DNA of 32,000 bases, from positions 1,140,001 through 1,172,000 of the forward strand of contig NC_006512.1 in assembly GCF_000008465.1 (NCBI RefSeq), given 5' to 3'. Numbering within the stretch: the first letter of the stretch is position 1; every line of letters starts with the position of its first letter. Below are positions 1 through 7,656 of the stretch, piece by piece. Source of the DNA: Idiomarina loihiensis L2TR. Its GTDB lineage: Bacteria > Pseudomonadota > Gammaproteobacteria > Enterobacterales > Alteromonadaceae. The position numbers were made by a program, and so were the translations under genes. The notes beneath the pieces are model-generated. The model was not told the origin of the DNA and made no database searches. It saw nothing but the letters and a program-made list of their open reading frames with translations.

Positions 1-1127
1 CGAAAACCCTGGGTGCCAGCTCATTAAGAAGTTTTTGGAGAGTTGCTCTGCCACTGGCGCGTCCGGCTATAGCAACCGGCGTCACTCTGGCGTTAATGGA
101 AACTCTGGCCGATTACGGCACCATGGAATACTTCGGAGTCACGGTATTTACCACAGGTATTTTCCGCACCTGGTACGGTATTGGTGATGCGCAGGGAGCG
201 CTGCAGCTATCGGCTTTACTGCTGGTATTTGTCATTATTTTGATAATGGTCGAGCGTTACTCAAGACGCCGGGCTCGTTTTTATCAGCAGCGTTCTGCAA
301 CCCAACCTCCTCAACGCCGGCCATTAAGCGGCTGGCGGGCGGCGCTGGCTTCGCTGGTTTGCTGGCTACCCGTCGTGCTTGGTTTTATTATACCGGCAAC
401 ACAACTCCTCTGGTGGTCGGTTCAGAAGTCTGAAATATGGCAGCAAAGCGAATTCTGGGTGCTAACCTTTAACACGCTTTGGTTGGGTTTATTAGCCGCA
501 TTAATCACTGTCGCTCTGGCGTTATGGCTTGCTTATGGTCGCCGTAGCCACCCTACCCGTCCCTTGCGGGCCGCTATCAGCCTGGCGGGCATGGGCTACG
601 CTATTCCCGGTATTGTTATAGCGGTTGGGTTGTTGTCACCTTTAGCCTGGCTTGATAATCAAATTATCGCTACTAGTGAATGGATATTTGACTTTAATCC
701 CGGGCTATTATTTTCCGGTACCGTTATCGCGCTTTTATTTGCCTACAGCGTTCGGTTTTTATCCGTGTCATTGCAAACCGTTAACTCGGGGCTGGAACAA
801 ATTACACCGCAAATGGACGATACAGCGCGAACTCTGGGCGCCAGCGGTAAACGTATTTTATGGCGGGTTCATTTGCCGTTGCTCCGCAGCCCGTTGCTGG
901 CTGCGCTAATTTTAGTACTGGTTGATGTCATGAAAGAACTACCGGCCACGCTGGTGTTACGTCCGTTTGACTTTAACACCCTGGCGGTGCGCGCATTTGA
1001 AATGGCGTCAGATGAACGCTTAGCCGATGCCGGGCCACCCGCATTGATGATTGTCGCAGTCGGGTTAATTCCGGTTATTATGCTGTCCCGGGCCTTACGC
1101 AGCAAAACACTGAAAACAGGAGAGTAA
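1..1127 (+). CDS. ABC transporter permease, fused two-domain Fe(III)-type (FbpB/HitB-like); 5' end outside window
   Basis: Frame 3 is open from base 3. It reads KTLGASSLRSFWRVALPLARPAIATG, which looks like the EAA loop of a first permease domain, and runs into tracked ORF 96..1127. That ORF is hydrophobic with multiple TM-like stretches and has a second EAA loop (DDTARTLGASGKRILWRVHLPLL). The TAA stop at 1125-1127 abuts the ATG of the ATPase gene. Confidence 0.8.
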   Translation, partial: KTLGASSLRSFWRVALPLARPAIATGVTLALMETLADYGTMEYFGVTVFTTGIFRTWYGIGDAQGALQLSALLLVFVIILIMVERYSRRRARFYQQRSATQPPQRRPLSGWRAALASLVCWLPVVLGFIIPATQLLWWSVQKSEIWQQSEFWVLTFNTLWLGLLAALITVALALWLAYGRRSHPTRPLRAAISLAGMGYAIPGIVIAVGLLSPLAWLDNQIIATSEWIFDFNPGLLFSGTVIALLFAYSVRFLSVSLQTVNSGLEQITPQMDDTARTLGASGKRILWRVHLPLLRSPLLAALILVLVDVMKELPATLVLRPFDFNTLAVRAFEMASDERLADAGPPALMIVAVGLIPVIMLSRALRSKTLKTGE

Positions 1128-2186
1128 ATGAGCACATTACTGAAGATTGACGCAGTCAGCATCCAGCTCTCCGGTGACCTCATCGTAGACAGACTGAGTT
1201 TGTCTCTGGAGCCAGGTGATATTGGCTGCCTGCTCGGCCCCAGCGGCTGTGGTAAAACCACTTTGCTGCGCGCTATAGCCGGTTTTATTCCGGTTTCCAG
1301 TGGACAGGTTGAGCTGCATGGAAAAACCGTCTCATCCGGCCGGGTGCAAATACCAACCGAGCAAAGACAAGTGGGTATGATGTTTCAGGACTTTTCATTG
1401 TTCCCGCACTTAACCGTGGCCGACAATATTCGTTTTGGCATTAATCGTTTACCTAAAAAACAGCAGGAAGAGCGAGTTAAAGAGCTACTCATCCGCATTG
1501 GTCTTAACGGTTATCAAAATCGCTACCCGCACGAGCTATCCGGAGGGCAACAACAACGTATTGCTCTGGCCCGTGCTCTGGCTCCGAAACCTAAACTGAT
1601 GCTGCTTGATGAGCCCTTCTCCAGTCTTGATGCCGAACTACGCGAAGTTCTGGCTCACGACGTAAGACGATTGCTAAAAGAAGAAGGTATTACCGCCTTG
1701 CTGGTTACTCATGATCAGCAGGAAGCCTTTGCCATGGCAGATAAATCGGGCGTCATGTATTCAGGTCAGCTACTGCAGTGGGAAACGCCTTATGCCCTTT
1801 ATCATCAACCAACGCATCAACTGGTCGCCGACTTTATTGGCCGCGGCGTTTTGCTCAATGGCGAAATAAGAGAACATCAATTACATTGTGCATTTGGAAT
1901 CATAGAGCACTCTCAGTTGCACAACAAACCCGACATGAGTGTTAACTTTTTAGTTCGCCCCGATGATGTATTAATTAATAACGATAGCAGTATGCAGGCC
2001 ATAGTGGTTGGCTGCGGTTTTCGTGGTTCTCATTATCTCTATACTCTGGAGCTGGCCGACACCAGTCACGTGCTGGCTGTAGGTCCTTCGCATCAACCGT
2101 TAAAGACAGGCGAACAAATCGGGATTGATATCGACTTTGATCACTTAGTGGTATTCGACTCGTCTTTGTGCGAATTGCCTGACTAA
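1128..2186 (+). CDS. ABC transporter ATP-binding protein, FbpC/PotA-like importer ATPase with C-terminal regulatory extension
   Basis: Walker A GPSGCGKTT, ABC signature LSGGQQQRIALARAL, Walker B LMLLDEPFS, H-loop LVTHDQ. About 110 extra C-terminal residues, as in Fe(III)/polyamine importer ATPases (ThiQ-type ATPases are shorter). Directly follows the permease stop. Confidence 0.85.
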   Translation: MSTLLKIDAVSIQLSGDLIVDRLSLSLEPGDIGCLLGPSGCGKTTLLRAIAGFIPVSSGQVELHGKTVSSGRVQIPTEQRQVGMMFQDFSLFPHLTVADNIRFGINRLPKKQQEERVKELLIRIGLNGYQNRYPHELSGGQQQRIALARALAPKPKLMLLDEPFSSLDAELREVLAHDVRRLLKEEGITALLVTHDQQEAFAMADKSGVMYSGQLLQWETPYALYHQPTHQLVADFIGRGVLLNGEIREHQLHCAFGIIEHSQLHNKPDMSVNFLVRPDDVLINNDSSMQAIVVGCGFRGSHYLYTLELADTSHVLAVGPSHQPLKTGEQIGIDIDFDHLVVFDSSLCELPD

Positions 2187-2258
2187 TTAGCCCGTAAAAC
2201 AATGACAAGTTGAATGCCTCACTATAGACTTTGAATAATTGTCATATGTGAGGATTCT

Positions 2259-3200
2259 ATGGATTTTTTAATTGACGCCTGGGATTTCAGTCAGCATCCC
2301 GCAAAACAACTTCAGTCGCCATCGAGCGCCGCAGAAAACACCTGGTTTCATTTTCAGCGTGATGCCGATGGGTTGACCGAGTGGTTAACTCAAGCCGGTA
2401 TACCTGAGCCTCTGATTGATGCGGTACTGGAAGAAGACACCCGCCCTCGTTTTCAGCGTTTACCCGACGGTTTCATGCTGTTGCTACGGGGCGTTAATTT
2501 AAACACCGGCGAATCTCCCGAAGACATGCTCAGCCTGCGCTTACTCTATTATAAAGGCGCGTTGTACAGTTTTCGTAAGCGCCCTTTTTTATCCATAGCA
2601 AAATTGCGTGAGCAACTTGACCAACAAATGGGGCCGGAGTCGTTACACGACTTTATCGTTGCCCTAATTGAGCAACTGAACTTACGAATTGAAGATGTGG
2701 TGTCCTCGGCAGAACAGCAACTGGAAGTCATTGAAGGTGAAGGCTTTGATAATACGGCATCGGTTCAGATAAAACTCACCGCTTTGCATCGTCGTCTGTT
2801 ACGCCTTAACCGCTTTATCCGCCCGCAGTTGGCCGCTTTAGAAAAACTCAGTACCGAAACCGAAAAGGTTATGAGCACAGAGTTGCACCAGTGGCTTATC
2901 AATGAGCGCGATACCACTCAGCGCTTATTCGAGCAAATTGACCTGATGCTGGAGCAAGTCTGGATGCAGCGCGAGCAACTGCAGCAGGCCATAGCCGAAA
3001 AAATGAATCGCAACACCTATTGGCTCTCGGTTATTGCCGGAGTGTTTTTACCTCTCAGTTTTTTAACCGGTGTTTTTGGAATAAACATTGGTGGCATGCC
3101 CGGGGTAGAAAGTGAAGGTGCATTTATGATTTTCTGTGGTGCGCTGGTAATTATCGCTATTGTCGAATTCCTGTTGTTGAGACGCCTGAGATTCTGGTAA
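2259..3200 (+). CDS. zntB: CorA-family divalent cation transporter, ZntB-like
   Basis: 313 aa. The C-terminal two-TM region YWLSVIAGVFLPLSFLTGVFGINIGGMPG has G-I-N in place of the CorA GMN motif. It aligns with my recollection of E. coli ZntB ([24 protein letters not shown]). Size is close to ZntB (327 aa). Confidence 0.7.
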   Translation: MDFLIDAWDFSQHPAKQLQSPSSAAENTWFHFQRDADGLTEWLTQAGIPEPLIDAVLEEDTRPRFQRLPDGFMLLLRGVNLNTGESPEDMLSLRLLYYKGALYSFRKRPFLSIAKLREQLDQQMGPESLHDFIVALIEQLNLRIEDVVSSAEQQLEVIEGEGFDNTASVQIKLTALHRRLLRLNRFIRPQLAALEKLSTETEKVMSTELHQWLINERDTTQRLFEQIDLMLEQVWMQREQLQQAIAEKMNRNTYWLSVIAGVFLPLSFLTGVFGINIGGMPGVESEGAFMIFCGALVIIAIVEFLLLRRLRFW

Positions 3201-3301
3201 ACCTGACTTATATCAAAGCGGTTTAGACCTAAGTCGAATAGGAAATTTAAGCCAACAGAATATGCTTAAAGGCTCTGCATAAAAGGATTTGAGGTAGTGC
3301 T

Positions 3302-5173
3302 ATGCAAGCCTATAAAAACGTTTACTCCGAAGCTCAGCAAGATCCTGAAGGTTTTTGGCTAGAGCAAGCGCGTCGCTTAAATTGGTTCAAAACGCCTAAA
3401 GTCGCTGCACAGGTCAAAAAGAATGGACTGGCAGACTGGTTTCCGGACGGCGAAGTTAACATCAGTTATTTAGCACTCGATGCACAAATTGAAGCAGGCC
3501 GCGGCGAGCAAGTCGCTTTGTATTACGATTCCCCGGTAACCCAAAGCAAAGCAAATTACACCTTTAACCAGTTGCGTGAACAGGTTGCCTGCTTTGCTCA
3601 TGTCCTGAAGCAACAAGGCGTAGAAAAAGGCGACCGGGTTATTATTTATCTCCCCATGATCCCGCAAGCTGCTATTGCAATGCTGGCCTGCGCCCGCATT
3701 GGGGCAATTCACTCGGTCGTCTTTGGTGGTTTCGCAGCGCACGAACTGGCTGTTCGAATCGACGACGCGGCTCCCAAACTCATTATCACCGCGTCTTGTG
3801 GTATTGAGGGGACAAAAGTTCTGCCCTACAAACCTATTGTGGATAAAGCTTTGGCGGAAGCGACCTACAAGCCGCGTACCATTGTCTATCAGCGCGAGCA
3901 GTGCCAGGCAGAAATGCAGGAAGGTCAGGACACCGACTGGGAACAGGCGCTGACGACAGCAAGCCCTTTAGAAGCTATTCCTCTACCGGCAACTCATCCT
4001 CTTTATATTCTTTATACCTCGGGCACTACGGGCAAACCGAAAGGCGTTGTGCGCGACCACGGTGGCTATGCCGTTGCCCTGAATTTTTCCATGAATTACG
4101 TTTACGGATTAGAGCCCGGGGAAGTCTTCTTCACGGCATCCGATGTAGGCTGGGTCGTAGGTCACTCTTATATTGTTTATGGTCCCCTGCTTTTTGGGTG
4201 CAGCAGTGTACTCTACGAAGGCAAGCCGGTTAATACGCCAGATGCAGGAGCTTTCTGGCGCATCGTTCAGGACTATAACGTCAGCGCCATCTTTTCTGCT
4301 CCGACGGCTTTCCGGGCAATAAAGAAAGAAGATCCTGAAGGCGAATTTATTCAGCGCTATGACTTAAGCTCGTTGAAACGCATTTATATGGCAGGAGAGC
4401 GTTTAGATCCCGCTACCTATGAATGGACAACCGAATTAACCGACTTGCCGGTTTACGACCACTGGTGGCAGACCGAGAGCGGCTGGCCAATGTGCGCTAA
4501 CCCTGTCGGTATTGGAGCAGTAAAAGTAAAACCCGGCTCTTCCACCTTTCCGGTTCCCGGCTACGAAATTAGTGTTCTGGATCCTCTCGGCAAAGGTTTA
4601 GGCAGCAAAGAAGAAGGTGCAATTTGTGTACGGTTGCCTTTGCCACCCGGTTGCCTGACCACCGTATGGGGCGATGAGCAACGCCTGCACAGCAGTTATC
4701 TCAACGCTTTCCCGGGTTATTACTGCAGTGGCGACGGGGGTTACATCGATGAACAAGGCTATGTTTTTATCATGGGCCGTACAGACGATGTAATAAACGT
4801 TGCCGGCCACCGTTTATCCACCGGAGAGATGGAAGAAATTCTGGCCGCTCACAAAGACGTTGCTGAATGCGCCGTTGTCGCACAACCCGATGAACTAAAA
4901 GGTGAGTTACCGGTTGGTTTCGTTATTCTTAAAAACTCTTCCACTATTGCTCACGAGCAATTACAACAGGAACTTATCCAGTCAATACGTGCAGAGATTG
5001 GCGCTATTGCCTGCCTGAAAACCTTACACATAGTATCCCGGCTACCTAAAACTCGCTCAGGAAAAATATTGAGACGTCTTATTCGGCAGGTATTACAGGG
5101 CGACGATGTTGCTGTTCCTTCAACCATTGATGATCCGTCAAGTATTGATGCTATTAAGGAAACCATGCGTTAA
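3302..5173 (+). CDS. prpE: Propionate--CoA ligase / acetyl-CoA-synthetase-family acyl-CoA synthetase
   Basis: 623 aa. AMP-binding motif YTSGTTGKPKG, plus GWVVGHSYIVYGPL, WWQTESGWP, GRTDDVINVAGHRL and PKTRSGKILRR. Collinear end to end with my recollection of E. coli PrpE (628 aa). No prpBCD genes are adjacent, so substrate assignment is tentative. Confidence 0.7.
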   Translation: MQAYKNVYSEAQQDPEGFWLEQARRLNWFKTPKVAAQVKKNGLADWFPDGEVNISYLALDAQIEAGRGEQVALYYDSPVTQSKANYTFNQLREQVACFAHVLKQQGVEKGDRVIIYLPMIPQAAIAMLACARIGAIHSVVFGGFAAHELAVRIDDAAPKLIITASCGIEGTKVLPYKPIVDKALAEATYKPRTIVYQREQCQAEMQEGQDTDWEQALTTASPLEAIPLPATHPLYILYTSGTTGKPKGVVRDHGGYAVALNFSMNYVYGLEPGEVFFTASDVGWVVGHSYIVYGPLLFGCSSVLYEGKPVNTPDAGAFWRIVQDYNVSAIFSAPTAFRAIKKEDPEGEFIQRYDLSSLKRIYMAGERLDPATYEWTTELTDLPVYDHWWQTESGWPMCANPVGIGAVKVKPGSSTFPVPGYEISVLDPLGKGLGSKEEGAICVRLPLPPGCLTTVWGDEQRLHSSYLNAFPGYYCSGDGGYIDEQGYVFIMGRTDDVINVAGHRLSTGEMEEILAAHKDVAECAVVAQPDELKGELPVGFVILKNSSTIAHEQLQQELIQSIRAEIGAIACLKTLHIVSRLPKTRSGKILRRLIRQVLQGDDVAVPSTIDDPSSIDAIKETMR

Positions 5174-5209
5174 ACTAGCGCCCTTTCTTTTAAACAGGAT
5201 CAGGGTGTT

Positions 5210-6187
5210 ATGACGTTATCGATTGTTGCGGTCATTATAGGTTTGGCTGTTTTGGTCTGGAGTGCTGACCGCTTTGTTGAAGGCGCAGCCGCAGTAGCAA
5301 GACATCTGGGCATGGCGCCATTAGTTATCGGTATGGTCATTATTGGCTTTGGTACATCGGCGCCGGAAATGGTTGTATCGGCACTGGCATCAATGCAGGG
5401 CAACCCTGCGTTGGCACTGGGTAACGCTTATGGCTCGAACATAACCAACATAGCACTGGTTTTAGGTATTACCGCTATGCTCGCCCCTATTGCGGTTAAA
5501 TCTGTGGTTATACGTCGCGAGATGCCAGTTCTAATAGCCATAACCCTGTTAAGCGCTGTATTTCTGCTTGACTATCAAATCACCCGGCTGGAAGCCATTT
5601 TTCTGTTAGTTGTTTTTGTTGGCTACATGGGCTGGTCTGTATGGATAGGTTCAAAAAGCAGCGACGACAGCTTAGCCGCAGAGTTCACCGAAGAACTCGA
5701 CTCTAACCCTCTGCCAATGAAACCCGCCATTATGTGGCTTATTGTTGGCTTACTACTGCTCATTGTCAGTTCACGTGCTTTAGTCTGGGGTGCCGTGAAC
5801 ATAGCGGTGTCACTTGGCGTCAGCGATTTAGTCATCGGTTTGACGGTGGTCGCCATTGGTACCTCCTTACCAGAGCTGGCTTCAGCCATTGCGGCAACCC
5901 GCAAGAATGAGCACGACCTGGCACTGGGTAACGTTATCGGCTCGAATATGTTTAACACCCTAGCCGTCGTCGGTATTGCCGGTGCTATTGAACCGGTTTC
6001 GCTTGAACCTCTGGTGTTAAGCCGCGACTGGGTTGCCATGGCGGTACTGACATTGCTGCTAATGGTCTTTGGTATTCGCAAGGCACGGCAAGGTCGAATT
6101 AACCGCGTGCACGGTTTTATCTTTATCTGCCTGTACTTGCTCTACACCTTATACTTGTTGAAAACCGGCTTCATCGCCCCTCAATAA
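5210..6187 (+). CDS. yrbG: Ca2+/Na+ antiporter, CaCA family (YrbG-like)
   Basis: 325 aa polytopic membrane protein. Two alpha-repeat signatures, GFGTSAPEM and AIGTSLPEL, each followed by GN..GSN. Begins 36 nt after the prpE stop. Confidence 0.75.
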   Translation: MTLSIVAVIIGLAVLVWSADRFVEGAAAVARHLGMAPLVIGMVIIGFGTSAPEMVVSALASMQGNPALALGNAYGSNITNIALVLGITAMLAPIAVKSVVIRREMPVLIAITLLSAVFLLDYQITRLEAIFLLVVFVGYMGWSVWIGSKSSDDSLAAEFTEELDSNPLPMKPAIMWLIVGLLLLIVSSRALVWGAVNIAVSLGVSDLVIGLTVVAIGTSLPELASAIAATRKNEHDLALGNVIGSNMFNTLAVVGIAGAIEPVSLEPLVLSRDWVAMAVLTLLLMVFGIRKARQGRINRVHGFIFICLYLLYTLYLLKTGFIAPQ

Positions 6188-6194
6188 ACACTAT

Positions 6195-6209
6195 TGCAAA
6201 TCGTTCGCA
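6195..6209. promoter_or_regulatory. Imperfect 7-1-7 palindrome TGCAAATcGTTCGCA upstream of bfd; weak Fur-box-like candidate
   Basis: Matches the 7-1-7 Fur motif TGATAATnATTATCA at 9 of 14 positions by my hand alignment. Lies about 40 nt upstream of the bfd ATG. bfd is Fur-regulated in several bacteria. Weak match only. Confidence 0.2.
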
Positions 6210-6213
6210 TTTA

Positions 6214-6252
6214 ACATAGACTGTCACTATCAAGTGAGGTGATAGTCTATGT
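6214..6252 (+). promoter_or_regulatory. Hairpin (about 14 bp stem including one G-U, 11-nt loop) enclosing the bfd Shine-Dalgarno and start codon
   Basis: The 5' arm acatagactgtcac (6214-6227) pairs with the 3' arm gtgatagtctatgt (6239-6252). Loop is tatcaagtgag. The ATG at 6249-6251 and part of the GAGGTGA SD lie inside the 3' arm. Confidence 0.45.
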
Positions 6253-6473
6253 ATGTTTGTCTTTGTAAAGGTATTAACGATAAAGTCATCCATCAGGCCG
6301 TAGTTTCTGGTGAGGTGAACTCAATGCGAGACTTACGCCAGCAATACGGTGTAGCCTCACAGTGCGGGTGTTGTAAAAGCTGCGCCAAAGATGTTCTTCA
6401 CGAAGCCCTCGAGCAACGTTCTAATCAAGCAGGTAAAGAGACTCAACTTCCGGTTTCCGTATGCTACACTTAA
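6249..6473 (+). CDS. bfd: Bacterioferritin-associated ferredoxin (BFD-type [2Fe-2S])
   Basis: 74 aa. MYVCLCKG start identical to the E. coli Bfd N-terminus. Cys4, Cys6, Cys39 and Cys42 give the C-x-C...C-x2-C cluster pattern. Immediately upstream of two bfr genes. Confidence 0.9.
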   Translation: MYVCLCKGINDKVIHQAVVSGEVNSMRDLRQQYGVASQCGCCKSCAKDVLHEALEQRSNQAGKETQLPVSVCYT

Positions 6474-6506
6474 TTCATACCTAGTGAATTAAGGAGTAAT
6501 ACGGCT

Positions 6507-6983
6507 ATGAAAGGTGATGCTAAAGTCATCCAGCAACTGAATAAAATACTGACGCTCAAACTTACCGCCATTAATCAGTACTTTCTTCATGCCCGCATGT
6601 ATCGTAACTGGGGCTTTGAAAGTTTGAACAAGCCTGTTTATAAAGCCTCTATTAATGAAATGAAGCACGCCGATGTGCTTATCGAACGCATTTTATTTCT
6701 GGAAGGCATTCCTAATTTGCAGGAACTCGGTAAGTTATACGTTGGTGAAGACCCAAGAGAAATGCTGGAAATGGACCATAAAGTCCAGTTTAATGATGTC
6801 AGCGCAATACGCGAAGCCATAAAAGAGAGTGAGATACACAAAGACTATGTCAGCCGTAACGCTTTACGCGATATTCTCGACTCGCAGGAAGAACATCTAG
6901 ACTGGATTGAAACTCAAATCGATTTGATATCGCGCCTGGGCAACGAGGTCTATTTGCAAACCAAAATTCAAGGAGCTGAATAA
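6507..6983 (+). CDS. bfr: Bacterioferritin subunit, heme-ligand type (Met52 present, ferroxidase ligands substituted)
   Basis: 158 aa, ungapped against E. coli Bfr as I recall it (MKGD.KVI..LNK, AINQYFLHARM, EMKHAD, RILFLEG.PNLQ.LGKL). Positions in E. coli numbering: K18, E51, M52, H54, Q94, Q127, H130. Confidence 0.9.
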   Translation: MKGDAKVIQQLNKILTLKLTAINQYFLHARMYRNWGFESLNKPVYKASINEMKHADVLIERILFLEGIPNLQELGKLYVGEDPREMLEMDHKVQFNDVSAIREAIKESEIHKDYVSRNALRDILDSQEEHLDWIETQIDLISRLGNEVYLQTKIQGAE

Positions 6984-7450
6984 TGCGCAGAGATAACAAT
7001 GTAGTTGAGCAACTCAACCGTCTTCTGGCTTTTGAGTTGACTTCTATTGACCAGTACACCTCACATTCTCGCCAATACGAAGACATGGGTTTAATGAAGC
7101 TTTATGAGCGCATTAACCATGAAATTGACGACGAACGCGGCCATGCGGACTTGCTCATTCGCAGAATTTTATTTCTGGAAGGCAAACCCAACATGAGCAA
7201 TCGCGAACCACATACCATAGGTTCGGATGTCCGGGAGATGCTGGAAAATGATCTGAAGCTTGAGCACAACAACGCCAAAACACTGCGTGAAGTCATTGAA
7301 TACTGCGAAGAAGTTGACGATTACGTTACCCGCGAAATGCTGGTCGGTATTTTAAAAGATACCGAAGAAGATCACGCGTACTGGCTACAGATACAGCTGA
7401 ACTTAATGGATCGACTGGGTGAGCAGCTCTATTTACAAAGCATGATGTAA
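6983..7450 (+). CDS. bfr: Bacterioferritin subunit, ferroxidase type (full E/E/H/E/E/H set, Arg at heme-ligand position 52)
   Basis: 155 aa. E18, E51, R52, H54, E94 and E128-x2-H131 (one-residue insertion relative to E. coli E127/H130). Its ATG overlaps the upstream TAA by 1 nt (TAATG at 6981-6985). Confidence 0.9.
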   Translation: MRRDNNVVEQLNRLLAFELTSIDQYTSHSRQYEDMGLMKLYERINHEIDDERGHADLLIRRILFLEGKPNMSNREPHTIGSDVREMLENDLKLEHNNAKTLREVIEYCEEVDDYVTREMLVGILKDTEEDHAYWLQIQLNLMDRLGEQLYLQSMM

Positions 7451-7487
7451 ATACAGTTCTCATACAGCCCCCTCTTTCTGCAGACAC

Positions 7488-7518
7488 AAAAAAACCGCCT
7501 CAAGGGCGGTTTCTTTTG
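7488..7518. terminator. Bidirectional intrinsic terminator between bfr (+) and tRNA-Ser (-)
   Basis: 8-bp stem aaaccgcc (7492-7499) / ggcggttt (7505-7512) with loop tcaag. An A-run lies upstream (giving U7 for the - strand transcript) and tcttttg lies downstream (+ strand). Confidence 0.75.
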
Positions 7519-7522
7519 TATC

Positions 7523-7610
7523 TGGCGGAGAGAGAGGGATTCGAACCCTCGATACGTTGCCGTATACACACTTTCCAGGCGTGCTCCTTCAGCCACTCGG
7601 ACACCTCTCC
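7523..7610 (-). tRNA. tRNA-Ser (anticodon GGA), 88 nt with long variable arm and encoded CCA
   Basis: Reverse complement reads GGAGAGGTGTCCGAGTGGCTGAAGGAGCACGCCTGGAAAGTGTGTATACGGCAACGTATCGAGGGTTCGAATCCCTCTCTCTCCGCCA. It has a 7-bp acceptor stem, anticodon loop CT-GGA-AA and a T-loop TTCGAAT. Near-identical to E. coli serW/serX as I recall them. Confidence 0.95.
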
Positions 7611-7656
7611 AGAACGGCCGCTATGGTAGGGGTTTTAGCCGTTCTAATCAAGGGGT

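Noticed and set aside
2225-2250. AT-rich segment gaataattgtcatatg upstream of the zntB-like gene, considered as a Zur or Fur box.
   Set aside because: Poor match by eye to either the Zur (GAAATGTTATAWTATAACATTTC) or the Fur consensus.
5623-6081. 152-aa ORF antisense to the CaCA antiporter gene. Similar antisense or off-frame ORFs occur at 869-1261, 3470-3742, 7756-8384, 17116-20582 and elsewhere.
   Set aside because: All lie wholly inside well-supported genes with recognisable homologues. They have no recognisable motifs or ribosome-binding sites and look like typical shadow ORFs.
7611-7646. 8-bp inverted repeat agaacggc/gccgttct between the MCP stop codon and the tRNA-Ser 5' end.
   Set aside because: The loop is 20 nt and no U-tract follows (the tRNA starts immediately). 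The same 46-nt gap also has to hold the tRNA promoter (a weak TTGATT-N17-TACCAT can be read). The structure is not convincing as a terminator and has no independent support.
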